58,528 nt of DNA from NCBI GenBank assembly GCA_903824965.1, contig CAIJYR010000110.1:1-58528 (forward strand), written 5' to 3'. Each line of letters opens with the position of its first letter. Within the stretch, counting starts at the first letter, position 1. Below, piece after piece: positions 41,872 to 52,200 of the stretch. The position numbers were made by a program, and so were the translations under genes. The notes under the pieces were generated by a model that did no database searches, was not told the DNA's origin, and worked only from the letters and a program-made list of their open reading frames with translations. The DNA comes from an uncultured Thiotrichales bacterium. GTDB lineage: Bacteria; Pseudomonadota; Gammaproteobacteria; CAIRSR01.

Positions 41872-42338
41872 GAACGCAACGGGGCATCCCCGACGTTTGG
41901 TTGGCGAGGGTTAAAATAGCGATCCGCCTCATCCGTATCGATCACTTGACCTTGGGCGTCCAAGAGCGGCAACTCAAAATCATTCCAACCGCGCAATCCT
42001 AACCGCAGCGATCGAACGTGACGAAAACCCATCAACTGTAATACATGCGCTGTCAAGACACTGCGGTGTCCCGAACGACAGATCAGGATCACCTGATCAT
42101 CGCGTGCTTTCGCCAGGCGTTCCACCGTCTCCTCGTAGCCCATCTCGGAGGCCTGCTCTACAATGCCACGGGGCACGTTGAGCGAATCAGGGACGTGAAC
42201 AACATCAAACTCGTAGGGTTCACGAATGTCGACCAGCAGGATCGGCTGACCCGACCTCAGCTCAGGTGCCAGATCCCAGGGCAATATTTCTTGTACCAAG
42301 GGCCGCACCTCTTCTACCAATTCCATGAAGCGTTTCAC
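41868..42338 (-). CDS. rhodanese-like sulfurtransferase domain protein
   Basis: 156 aa with LLVDIREPYEF and the active-site loop CRSGHRS. Confidence 0.85.
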   Translation of the reverse strand: MKRFMELVEEVRPLVQEILPWDLAPELRSGQPILLVDIREPYEFDVVHVPDSLNVPRGIVEQASEMGYEETVERLAKARDDQVILICRSGHRSVLTAHVLQLMGFRHVRSLRLGLRGWNDFELPLLDAQGQVIDTDEADRYFNPRQPNVGDAPLRS

Positions 42339-42460
42339 TACACTCTCACCTTCAACATTTTGCTAGGACAGCGACAGTCTACCAATTTACCGAACACGGC
42401 GCGACCAGGGCATACTATCGTCACAGGGGCGTCCACAGGGACGTCAACAGGAGAACCTAG

Positions 42461-45400
42461 ATGCGCAACATCCACCGTGCCCGTGACCAAGAAGACGAAC
42501 GACGATTCCAAAAAGCTTTTCAGCGCCACGAGCAAGGCGATCTGGCCGGTGCAGAGGTACTCTATCGGCAGATTTTGGCATCCCGCCCGAAACATTCTCA
42601 AGTGTTGTACCTACTCGGCACCCTAGAAAGCCAGCGTGGTCACTACGCAGAGGCAGAACAGTACCTCACCAAAGCACTGACGTTACGTCCTGACTGGCCA
42701 GAAGCCTTGAACAACCTAGGCTTGGCACTGTTCAGTCAAAACCGATTAGATGAAGCGGAAGCCATCCTCCGCCGCGCCCTGACCACGGAGCCTGATTATG
42801 CAGACGCGCTCAACAACCTCGCAGGCGTACTAGAGAAAAAAGGCCAGCTCGAAGATGCAATGGCGCTCTATCAGCGCACCGTGGCACTCAAACCAAGGGA
42901 CGTCAAGGTTCACTACAACCTGGGTCTCCTGTTGCGCCGATTAACACGCATGGAAGAAGCAGCACTCTGTTTTGAACACGCGCTCAGCATTGAACCCAAC
43001 CATGTAGAGGCCGCCAACACCCTCGCAACCATTCTGAAGATCCTTGATCGGCTGAACGATGCCGAACGCTGGTTACGACATGCTTTGCAACAGCAACCGA
43101 ACCACTACCAGGCCCACAACAATCTTGCCGCCGTCCTCCAAGACCAGGATCGCCTCTCGGAAGCGATGGAGGAATATGGTCGCGCCTTGTCGTTACGCCC
43201 TGACGAACCGCTGATGCAATGGAACCGCGCCTTCATTCTCCTCGCACTTGGGCAACTGCAAGAGGGGTGGAGCGCCTATGAATGGCGACGTTCCGTGTTC
43301 CAATGGCAACCGTTACCGTTCCCTGAGTGGGACGGAAGCAGCCTCACGGACAAGACCCTGCTGGTTTTTGCGGAACAGGGTCTGGGGGACGAATTGTTGT
43401 TTGCTTCCTGCTTTCCGGATCTCCTACAACGGGCCAGACACTGCTTGTTCGAGTGCGATCCACGCTTAGCCCCGTTGTACCGACGATCCTTTCAGAACGC
43501 TACCGTTATCGGGGTACGACGCTCCAACCGTGCTTGGATAGAACATCTCCCCCCCCTGGATGTACAAATCCCGGCGGGTAGTTTGGCACGTTACCTACGT
43601 CCCACTGTGAGCGATTTTCCCACCAGTGCAGGGTATTTGGTGGCGGATCCCGTCGCCGCCATCCATTGGCGCGAACAGATCCAAGCGTTGGGGCCGGGTC
43701 TCAAAGTGGGCATCACATGGCGCAGTGGATTGACACGAGAAGGACGACACCGCCATTACAGCCGTTTGACGGAATGGGGGGCTTGTTTCAACGTTCCGTA
43801 CGTGCATTTTATCAATCTTCAGTACGACAACTGTGCTGAAGAACTGGCTGTGGCAGAACGTCTTTTCGGCGTGACGATTCACGTTTTCCCAGGTTTGGAT
43901 CTGTTCAATGACCTTGATGGTACGGCGGCGTTGGTTGTGGGGTTGGATCTCGTCATCGCTGCCGGAAACGCTACCGGAGAAATCGCAGCGGCCCTCGGCG
44001 TACCGGTATGGCGCTTAGAGTCCCATGGGCGTGCTTGGACTTCCCTTGGTACGGATGCGTTCCCTTGGCACCCGATGGTACAGGTGTTTCGCCAAACCAC
44101 ACGCGGTGATTGGCAAACCCTTTTGGATCGTGTAGCCCATGCGTTGGCTGCTTTGGCCAACCCTTTGGCCAACCAACCAGAAGATTCGTCTGCCTTTTTG
44201 GAACCCTGTGTGGCGGATGCTCACGAAGGCGTCGAGCTGGATACCCTGGAGACGCTGGCCAGTGCACGAGAACACCTACAGGCAGGTCGGTTGGCAGAAG
44301 CACGCCTAGGGTGCGATACCCACCTGGCACGACATCCTGCGGATCCGGTCGCGCTCGATCTGTTCGCTGCGGTGGTCAATGCCGCAGGCGACCCAGAAAG
44401 CGCCATCCATGTCTTACAACAGGCCATCGCCATCAGCCCCCATGTTGCCATCTACCGTGGACACTTGGCGGGCATTCTTGCGGCCATGGGGCGGATCGGG
44501 GAGGCAGAAGCGGCCTACCGTGCAGCACTCCGTCTACTCCCCAATTGGGCACACGCCCACAACGATCTCGGCAACTTGCTCCGCGCCGAAAAACGCATTG
44601 CAGAAGCAGAGCGTTGTTATCTCAGTGCGTTGCGCTACAAACCCGATTTGGTAGAAGCGCACAACAACCTAGGCACCGTCCTAGAACTGCAAGGACGCAT
44701 CCACGAAGCAGAAGCCGCCTATCGAGGTGCACTGCGGTTGCGGCCTCATTTCCCTGAGGGTTGGTACAACTTGGGCAACTGCCTAGGGGATCTCGGTCGT
44801 CTCTCGGAGGCTGTCGCAGCCTATCGGGAGGCGCTCACCCTGCGTCCTGAATACGCACAGGCACAATTTTACTTGGGCGTGGCCCTACAGCGCGATGGTC
44901 AGATTGCATCCGCTGAAGCCGCTTACCGCGAGGCGTTGGCCCTCTACGCGCACCCTTGGCCCGATGTACAGAACCAGTTGGCCAATCTATTGATGGATCA
45001 AAAGCGTTGGAGCGAAGCAGAAACCCTGTACCGAGAAGCCTTGGCGGTGACACCGAGAAGCCCTGAGTTGCACAGCAATCTTGGCAACTGTTTGCAGCTT
45101 CAAGGGCATTTTGCCGAAGCAGAAACACTCTGCCGAGAGGCCATTCATCTTGCGCCTGATCATGCGCCTGCTTGGAACAACCTCGGCAATACATTGCAAA
45201 GTTTGGATCGTCCTCTGGAAGCACAGGCCGCTTTTCGTGCCGCGATCACGCACGACCCAGACATGGCCTTTGCCCACAGTAACCTCGGGAATGCCTTGCG
45301 TGAAGCGGGTCTGCTCCAAGAAGCTTCCCTCCACGATCGACGTGCCGTTGCGTTACGTCCGGATTTGGGCGGAACCTGGCTTAACTTGGGCAATACGTTG

Positions 45401-48400
45401 CAAGCGGCTGGCAACCTCCTGGAAGCGGAAAGTTGTTTCCAGCGTGCATTGGATTTGGGGATAGAAGTCGCAGCCTTAAGTGTTGGCAAAATACTGTATG
45501 AGCAGGGTCGCCCGGGTGCAGCGGTCGAGTGCATGAGCGAGTGGGTGCAACGTCGCCCAGACGATCCAGAGATGCGCTGGAACCTGGCCATGCCTTTGCT
45601 GGCGCTCGGTGATCTCACGGAGGGTTGGGAAGCCTACGAAGCCGGACGCCATTTGCCCAAACAGCAGGGGAGGCGACAAGACTTTCACCATTTTACGGAA
45701 TGGGATGGCAGTTCGCTTGTGGGGCAAACCATCTTGGTATACGCCGAGCAGGGGCTAGGGGACGAGATCCTGTTCGCGTCTTGTCTGCCTGATCTACTGG
45801 AACAAGTGGGGCATTGCATCGTAGAGTGTGATCGACGGTTGGCACCCCTCTACCGCCGCTCTTTTCCGAACGCGACCATCGCGGGCATCGAACGGGACAG
45901 GCAAGAGTGGGTGAAGGGACTCGTAGAAGTCGATGCGGTGGATCGAGAGGTGCCGATTGGGAGCTTACCGCGCTTTCTCCGCCGGAAGCTGAGCGACTTT
46001 CCCGATCGTACTGCCTACCTCGTGGCCGATCCAGCACGGGTCACGGTGTGGCGCAAGCGACTGGAAGGCCCTGAGATCAAAGTAGGCATTACCTGGCGCA
46101 GCCGTCTTGGGAATGCGTTGCGCAGCCGACATTACAGCCGACTGGAAGACTGGGGGGGGGTCTTTGCGGTTTCTGGTGTGCGCTTTGTCAACCTGCAATA
46201 CGATGATTGTGCCGAAGAACTAGCCGCTGTACGGGCATCCCTCGGCATAGACATCCTGTCCTTCCCAGAAGTCGATTTGATGAATGATTTGGAGGAAGCG
46301 GCCGCCCTGTCTGCCAGTTTGGATTTGGTGATTGCAGCGGGGAATGCAGCCGGAGAAATAGCGGCTGCGCTGGGGATACCGGTCTGGCGTCTGGAGGCTT
46401 TTGGGCGTCACTGGACGTCCCTTGGGACAGAAACCTTTCCCTGGCATCCACGGGTTCAGATCTTTCGCCAACCACAGCTTGGGAACTGGGGCGATGTCTT
46501 GAGGCGGGTCGCAGAAGCACTGAAAACATTTGTGTCCTCACCACCGAGCACCGCTCGTCCCGTGGATCTCTACCACCAGGGGCTGGAACGGCAAGAAAAC
46601 GACGAACTCGATGCCGCCATCGCCTGCTACGAGGAAGCGTTGCACCATGACCCTGGACAAGCAGAGACGCACAACAACCTTGGGAATGTGCATCTGAAAC
46701 GGGGCGAGTGGGCTGCTGCAGAGGATTGTTATCAACACGCACTGCGGATACGCCCTGATTACGCAGAGGCATGGAACAACTTGGGGGTTTTGTTTGGCAA
46801 GCGTAGACAGATTCAAGAGGCTACGGTGTGTTACCAAACGGCCTTAGGACTGCGTTCGGAGCTGTTTGAGGCCCGTTATAACCTGGCCAATATGCTCCAA
46901 GAAGAAGGGGATCCCATCACTGCTGAAGAACACTTTAGGACAGCCTTACAACAGGGGGTAGACACAGCCTTGTTGTGGAATGGATTGGGTCTTGCGGTGC
47001 GTGATCAAGGGAACACAAAAGAGGCGCTTGCTTGTTTTGAAAAGGCACAAGAACGTGCACCGGAGGATGTGCGGGTACGCTGGAACATTGGTTTGACGCA
47101 TTTGATACAAGGCGAGTTGCTGCTTGGTTGGGAGGGGTATGAGTGGGGTCATGACAGAATGCGTCGTACCCTGCGGGGATTTTCCTTTCCGCGCTGGGAC
47201 GGTTCTTATGCACCCGAATCGACTTTGTTGGTGTACGCTGAGCAGGGTATAGGGGACGAAATCCTATTTGCGTCTTGTTTGCCTGATCTACTGCCCTGGG
47301 TGGGACGATGTATCGTAGAATGCGAACCCAGGTTAGCAAGCCTCCTCCGTCGATCTTTTCCCTCGGTAGAAGTGTACGGAGCCACGCGAGAGAATCAAGA
47401 CTGGCTTGTGAATGCAGGACACGTTGATTTTCAGTGTCCGATTGGGAGTTTGGGTTCGTATTTACGCCGTCATTTGCTAAATTTTCCACGCACGCCAGGG
47501 TATCTTCTCCCTGACCAAACACAGCGCACTCAATGGCGAAAGCGCCTTTCTGCCTTGGCGGGTGCAAAAAGAACGGTCGGTATTTCTTGGCGTAGTCGTT
47601 TGGTGGGTGGCGGACGGGCACGTTTCTATTCACGCCTGGCAGACTGGGGGAGGGTGTTCGCTGTCTCTGGGGTGGTGTTCGTGAATCTCCAATACGATGA
47701 TTGTACCGAGGAACTCGCCGAGGTACGATCGGTCTTTGGAAGAGATGTGGTACAGTTCTCCGATCTAGATTTGTTAAACGATATAGAGGGTGTGGCTGCT
47801 TTGGCCAGTGCTTTGGATCTGGTCATTGCACCACCGAACAGTGTGGCGGAGATTGCTGCGGCGGTTGGCGCAGAGGTGTGGCGGTTGGATGCAGCGTTAC
47901 CGAATTGGCCCACCTTAGGAACGGAAGGAATGCCGTGGCATCCTACCATGCGTCTCTTTCGTCAGACGCATTTGGGAGACTGGGCAGGGGTACTCAAAAC
48001 CGTGGCAGAGGCACTTACCCTACGTGTTGCAGGATCGGCCTTAAGCCCCTGGATAGAGAGCCGCCTATCCTGTCAAGAACACCACGAAACGGGAGAACGA
48101 ACGGCGCAATTCTTTGCCCAGTTGGTGCAACCAGGATCCCGTGTAGTACAGGTGGGTACCCAGGGAAGTGTATTGACATTGGTATTGGCTCGATCCGTCG
48201 GGGAAACAGGATCTTTGATTGTCTGTGAGGAACGACCAGAGCCATTGCACAGTATCCAGGCTAGTGTGCTACAACATGGATTCCGCCAGGTGTACTGTCG
48301 ATCGCAGCGAATCGGGGATCAATCGGGAGAATGCCCTGCGTGGCGTGCCTATCCTTGGGATCTGCCTAGGAGCGATGACCCTGATGTTGATATGGCCCAT

Positions 48401-48670
48401 GCGAATCAACCAATATCCTGTTGTACCCTGGATGACCTCGCTTTGTCTGCGTGCGATCTCTTGATCATCCATGCGGAAGGCCGTGAGGCAGAAATACTGG
48501 CAGGTGTTTGGCAGACCTTGGCACGCCACCGTCCACTCCTCGGACTGGGTCGGTATCGATATGAAGTTTCCATGAGCCTGATTGCCTTGCTCGGTACGAA
48601 GGGCTACCAAACCCTTGCCCAAGGCATTGGACAGGAAGACGCACTGCTCATCGCCTACCCAATGGCATAA
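42461..48670 (+). CDS. giant multidomain protein: 3 x [TPR array + GT9 (heptosyltransferase-like) glycosyltransferase domain] + C-terminal FkbM-family methyltransferase
   Basis: 2069 aa. ATG 42461 has a CAGGAGA SD. Many 34-aa TPR units follow the ...A...Y..AL...P....A..NLG... pattern. The block WDGSxL..xTxLVxAEQG(L/I)GDE(L/I)LFASC(F/L)PDLL...ECxxRLAxLxRRSF is repeated three times, as is ...VGI(T/S)WRS...NLQYDxCxEEL...DLVIAxxNxxxEIAAAxG. The C-terminus is Methyltransf_21-like (VVQVGTQGSVLTLVLARSVGETGSLIVCE...LLIIHAEGREAEIL). Confidence 0.85.
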   Translation: MRNIHRARDQEDERRFQKAFQRHEQGDLAGAEVLYRQILASRPKHSQVLYLLGTLESQRGHYAEAEQYLTKALTLRPDWPEALNNLGLALFSQNRLDEAEAILRRALTTEPDYADALNNLAGVLEKKGQLEDAMALYQRTVALKPRDVKVHYNLGLLLRRLTRMEEAALCFEHALSIEPNHVEAANTLATILKILDRLNDAERWLRHALQQQPNHYQAHNNLAAVLQDQDRLSEAMEEYGRALSLRPDEPLMQWNRAFILLALGQLQEGWSAYEWRRSVFQWQPLPFPEWDGSSLTDKTLLVFAEQGLGDELLFASCFPDLLQRARHCLFECDPRLAPLYRRSFQNATVIGVRRSNRAWIEHLPPLDVQIPAGSLARYLRPTVSDFPTSAGYLVADPVAAIHWREQIQALGPGLKVGITWRSGLTREGRHRHYSRLTEWGACFNVPYVHFINLQYDNCAEELAVAERLFGVTIHVFPGLDLFNDLDGTAALVVGLDLVIAAGNATGEIAAALGVPVWRLESHGRAWTSLGTDAFPWHPMVQVFRQTTRGDWQTLLDRVAHALAALANPLANQPEDSSAFLEPCVADAHEGVELDTLETLASAREHLQAGRLAEARLGCDTHLARHPADPVALDLFAAVVNAAGDPESAIHVLQQAIAISPHVAIYRGHLAGILAAMGRIGEAEAAYRAALRLLPNWAHAHNDLGNLLRAEKRIAEAERCYLSALRYKPDLVEAHNNLGTVLELQGRIHEAEAAYRGALRLRPHFPEGWYNLGNCLGDLGRLSEAVAAYREALTLRPEYAQAQFYLGVALQRDGQIASAEAAYREALALYAHPWPDVQNQLANLLMDQKRWSEAETLYREALAVTPRSPELHSNLGNCLQLQGHFAEAETLCREAIHLAPDHAPAWNNLGNTLQSLDRPLEAQAAFRAAITHDPDMAFAHSNLGNALREAGLLQEASLHDRRAVALRPDLGGTWLNLGNTLQAAGNLLEAESCFQRALDLGIEVAALSVGKILYEQGRPGAAVECMSEWVQRRPDDPEMRWNLAMPLLALGDLTEGWEAYEAGRHLPKQQGRRQDFHHFTEWDGSSLVGQTILVYAEQGLGDEILFASCLPDLLEQVGHCIVECDRRLAPLYRRSFPNATIAGIERDRQEWVKGLVEVDAVDREVPIGSLPRFLRRKLSDFPDRTAYLVADPARVTVWRKRLEGPEIKVGITWRSRLGNALRSRHYSRLEDWGGVFAVSGVRFVNLQYDDCAEELAAVRASLGIDILSFPEVDLMNDLEEAAALSASLDLVIAAGNAAGEIAAALGIPVWRLEAFGRHWTSLGTETFPWHPRVQIFRQPQLGNWGDVLRRVAEALKTFVSSPPSTARPVDLYHQGLERQENDELDAAIACYEEALHHDPGQAETHNNLGNVHLKRGEWAAAEDCYQHALRIRPDYAEAWNNLGVLFGKRRQIQEATVCYQTALGLRSELFEARYNLANMLQEEGDPITAEEHFRTALQQGVDTALLWNGLGLAVRDQGNTKEALACFEKAQERAPEDVRVRWNIGLTHLIQGELLLGWEGYEWGHDRMRRTLRGFSFPRWDGSYAPESTLLVYAEQGIGDEILFASCLPDLLPWVGRCIVECEPRLASLLRRSFPSVEVYGATRENQDWLVNAGHVDFQCPIGSLGSYLRRHLLNFPRTPGYLLPDQTQRTQWRKRLSALAGAKRTVGISWRSRLVGGGRARFYSRLADWGRVFAVSGVVFVNLQYDDCTEELAEVRSVFGRDVVQFSDLDLLNDIEGVAALASALDLVIAPPNSVAEIAAAVGAEVWRLDAALPNWPTLGTEGMPWHPTMRLFRQTHLGDWAGVLKTVAEALTLRVAGSALSPWIESRLSCQEHHETGERTAQFFAQLVQPGSRVVQVGTQGSVLTLVLARSVGETGSLIVCEERPEPLHSIQASVLQHGFRQVYCRSQRIGDQSGECPAWRAYPWDLPRSDDPDVDMAHANQPISCCTLDDLALSACDLLIIHAEGREAEILAGVWQTLARHRPLLGLGRYRYEVSMSLIALLGTKGYQTLAQGIGQEDALLIAYPMA
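42500..44150 (+). other. module 1: TPR array (about 42500-43240) + GT9-like domain (about 43250-44150)
   Basis: The EWDGSSL motif lies at about 43325 and GLGDELLFASCFPDLL at about 43380-43430. Confidence 0.7.
44230..46540 (+). other. module 2: long TPR array (about 44230-45560) + GT9-like domain (about 45570-46540)
   Basis: The EWDGSSL motif lies at about 45700 and GLGDEILFASCLPDLL at about 45755-45805. Confidence 0.7.
46560..48030 (+). other. module 3: TPR array (about 46560-47090) + GT9-like domain (about 47100-48030)
   Basis: The RWDGSYA motif lies at about 47192 and GIGDEILFASCLPDLL at about 47245-47295. Confidence 0.7.
48090..48667 (+). other. FkbM-family methyltransferase domain (approximate)
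   Basis: FAQLVQPGSRVVQVGTQGSVLTLVLAR...CCTLDDLALSACDLLIIHAEGREAEILAG. Confidence 0.65.
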
Positions 48671-48699
48671 CTGTATTCTGCATATAGATGAGATAAACG

Positions 48700-49245
48700 A
48701 TGAACGAGATTGATTCTTTTGTGGCCACCTACGGCTACTTTGCCGTCTTTGCGGGTACCCTCCTAGAGGGAGAAACCATTTTGGTCGCTGCTGGCTTTGC
48801 TGCCCATCATGGCCTGCTGGCTTTGCCATGGGTGATTGTAGTCGCGATTGTGGGCGCAACATTGGGCGATCAGTTGGCTTTTCTGATAGGTCGGTGGAAA
48901 GGAGAGGCGTTGATCAATCGTTTCGCACTCCTCTCCGAATATCGGCCACGGGTTCATGCCCTTTTAGAGCGGTATGATGCGATGTTTATTATTGTCATTC
49001 GCTTTGTGTATGGATTCAGAATTGCAGGCCCTGTGATCCTGGGTACGAGTCATATACCGATGTTCCGATTTGCCATTTTTAACAGTCTTGGTGCACTTCT
49101 TTGGGCACCCATTGTTGCAGGTGCAGGATACAGTTTCGGTCTTGCGATCAATACTGCACTGGCTCATTTACAATTGGCAGAAGAAATACTCTTGGGAATC
49201 GCAGTGACCGCACTGGTTCTCTGGTGGTGGCGGGCAAAACGTTGA
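48700..49245 (+). CDS. DedA-family (SNARE-associated) inner-membrane protein
   Basis: YGYFAVFAGTLLEGETILVAAGFAAHHG and FVYGFRIAGPVILG motifs; 181 aa. Confidence 0.9.
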   Translation: MNEIDSFVATYGYFAVFAGTLLEGETILVAAGFAAHHGLLALPWVIVVAIVGATLGDQLAFLIGRWKGEALINRFALLSEYRPRVHALLERYDAMFIIVIRFVYGFRIAGPVILGTSHIPMFRFAIFNSLGALLWAPIVAGAGYSFGLAINTALAHLQLAEEILLGIAVTALVLWWWRAKR

Positions 49246-49262
49246 CTTTTTCTTGGCCCAGT

Positions 49263-52200
49263 ATGATGCGTCTGTTGCGTGCTTTATGGCTTTTGTGTTG
49301 GTCAGTGTTCGCAACCAGTGTCATTGTTGCCGCTGTGGCGTTGAGCCTGATTCGGCTGCTGCTGCCCATGGCGCAAAATTATCGAGAAGACATTGCTGCT
49401 TGGATCAGCAGTGCAGTCGGACACGAGGTACATATTGCTGGTCTGGATGCACGATGGTCTGGTGTTCGGCCTGTATTGCAATTGCGGGGGGTGACGATTG
49501 CCAGTATGCAAACTGGCCTCATCGAAATCGACACCGTCGATGTGAGCCTGGGGATTGCTGCTTCGCAGCACACATGGCGTCTAGTGCCGAGCAGATTGTC
49601 CATTGTGCATCCACGCATCACCTTGTTTGCCCATTCTGCCTCTCAACCCTTCGAGCATCCATTCGCGGGATTCGCGGGATTCGCAGGATGGCCCCTCGGT
49701 GCCAGTCGTGTGCGTGTCGAGGATGCACGGGTCTGTGTAGACACCCGCGAACTGCGTGGATGCTTCACGGGGAACGCTTCCCTACGCAGTGATGGCAACC
49801 GATTGATGGGAGAGGCCGATCTGCGTCTTTCTGCTCCCTGGGGTAAGACGGTTCATTTCGCATTGGATGCCTATACCAACGACAATGTGTGGGCGGGAGC
49901 ATGGTACCTGGAGACCAAAGGTCTACACCTTGCACCCTGGATACACCGATGGTACCCAACCGTGGTCGTGGATGGATTCCTGAATCTGCGGGTCTGGGGA
50001 AACCTGGCGCTGACCCAATGCGAAGGTGTGATCGATCGGCTGCTGATACAGGCTGATGACACAAGTGAGGGGTCTCGAACCCTTGCAGAGATGGTGGACG
50101 GTTTTTCCTGGAAAAAAGAAACAGCTGGTTGGCAAGTGGATATAGCGGGGCTGCGTCCCCTCGGCACACCTGGTGGGGCGACGGTGCAGGTGCAACGGGA
50201 TGTACAAAATCTGTGGGTGCGTGCGGGGAACATTTCCTTAAAGGAAGTGGCTTTCCTTGCCAGCCTAGACGGTGTCCTGGAGGGAAAAACGGCGACCCTT
50301 ATGAGGGCATTGTCTCCCCAAGGACAGTTGGCAGAATTGCGATTGCATCTACCCCTTGCCGAAAGCTCCGTCGAACATCCTGCCGATAATCCCAGCGAAA
50401 ACCCCACAGCAGGATTGAGCCTTTCTACCTGGAAAAACGTCGATCTGCAAACCCGTTTCACGGACGTCTCGGTGCGTCCTTGGCAGGGGATTCCTGGGAT
50501 AGAAGCACTGTCAGGCTCGTTGCGTATTGTGAACGGAACAGGGAGCCTGGATTTTGAGGATCTTCATGGGACACTGTATCTGGCGAGTTTGTTCGCTACC
50601 CCCTGGGCCATCGATCGACTGACGGGAAGCCTCACGGTGCAACAGGACTCACTAGGTTGGCACCTCACAGCCCCGAACCTCGTCCTCGCCAACCCTGACC
50701 TTGCACTCAAGGCGGGGGGTAGGTTGTTCTTGCCGAGCACAGGATTGAGCCCGGGGTTATTAGGCATAGGGTTGTCACCGCGCTTGGACATAGAGGCCAG
50801 TTTTTCACGCGGGGATGGCAGTCGGCTGTCCACGTATCTACCACGCCGCATCATGCCCTACCGTGCGGCCGCTTGGCTCGATCGTTCGATTTTGGCAGGA
50901 AAAATCCGAGAGGGCACTGTCCATTTTCATGGCCATGTTGCCGATTTCCCTTTTGATCACAATGAAGGCACCTTCGTGGTCAATGCGCAGATCACAGGGG
51001 GTGAAGTGAGTTATGCACCCGACTGGCCAGCCCTGCACGCGCTTGACGTGACCCTTGGCTTCCATGGCCGTGCGATGGAGATTCAAGCAGAGGGGGGCCG
51101 TATCTTAGACAGTGCCTTGGATCCAACCAGCGTAGTCATTTCTGATCTGGATCACGAACCACCGTTGCTACAGATACGAGGTCGTGTGCATGGCCCTCTG
51201 GCCGATGTACCCCGATTGCTCAAGGAAACGCCCCTGGTACACCGCTATGGCCCCTATGTTGCCACCTTGGAAGGCAAGGGGAAGATGTCCCTCACCTTAG
51301 GGGTGGACATGTACACGAAAAAACCGATTGAGATGAGTCGGTTGGAGGGCCATTTGGATCTGCAGAAAAATGACCTGCGCTGGCATGATCCTGACGTTGC
51401 GTTGGAAGGCACTTCGGGAAGCCTCGCTTTTTCCACAGAGGGGATACACGGCCAGCAGATTGAGACGCACCTTTTTGGCTTGCCTGTGCAGTTGAGTGTG
51501 CAATCGCAACGTGCGGCAGGAGGCCATTCAACGACGGTGATGGAGGTACGGGGCACCCTCGAACCGAACACGCTCAAAACATACCTCCCCCCCGCTCTCC
51601 TAAAACGCTGTCGTGGACAAACCAGCTGGCAAGCGACGATTACACTGCCTGAGATACCCCCAGGGGGCAAGGCAATGCCCGTTGTACAAGTGGCATCCGA
51701 CCTGCGTGGATTGGCACTAGATTTGCCCGAACCCCTTGCAAAATCGGCTGAACAGCCACAACCCCTGCAACTACAAACGGCGCTGGGGGGGAACCAGCAC
51801 AAAATACAGATAAGCTACGGAACGCTTGCAAGCGCCACGCTGGAATTGGACAAAGACAGCACTTTTCTTCAAGGGGATGTCCGTTTGGGGAAAGCGACCA
51901 CAACACCCCCCAAAATCTCGATGCCTCGACCAGCGGGTTTGTACCTTGCTGCGGATCTGACGAAAACCCGCCTAGAAGATTGGTTGGATCTGGCCTCAGG
52001 TCTTGGGGGGACAACCGACAGCCACAGGACTGCACTGGGCTTTGGGATGGATGCGAAGATCGGAGACTTGCGTGTGGGGAGTTACGATTTCCATGGGGTT
52101 GCGCTTTCTGCGGGTTCGCAAGGTGAAGGATGGGAGGCACACTTTAACGCACAGGAAACCACAGGTCGTCTCCATGGATCGGGTGCGGGTGGGATGGGCC

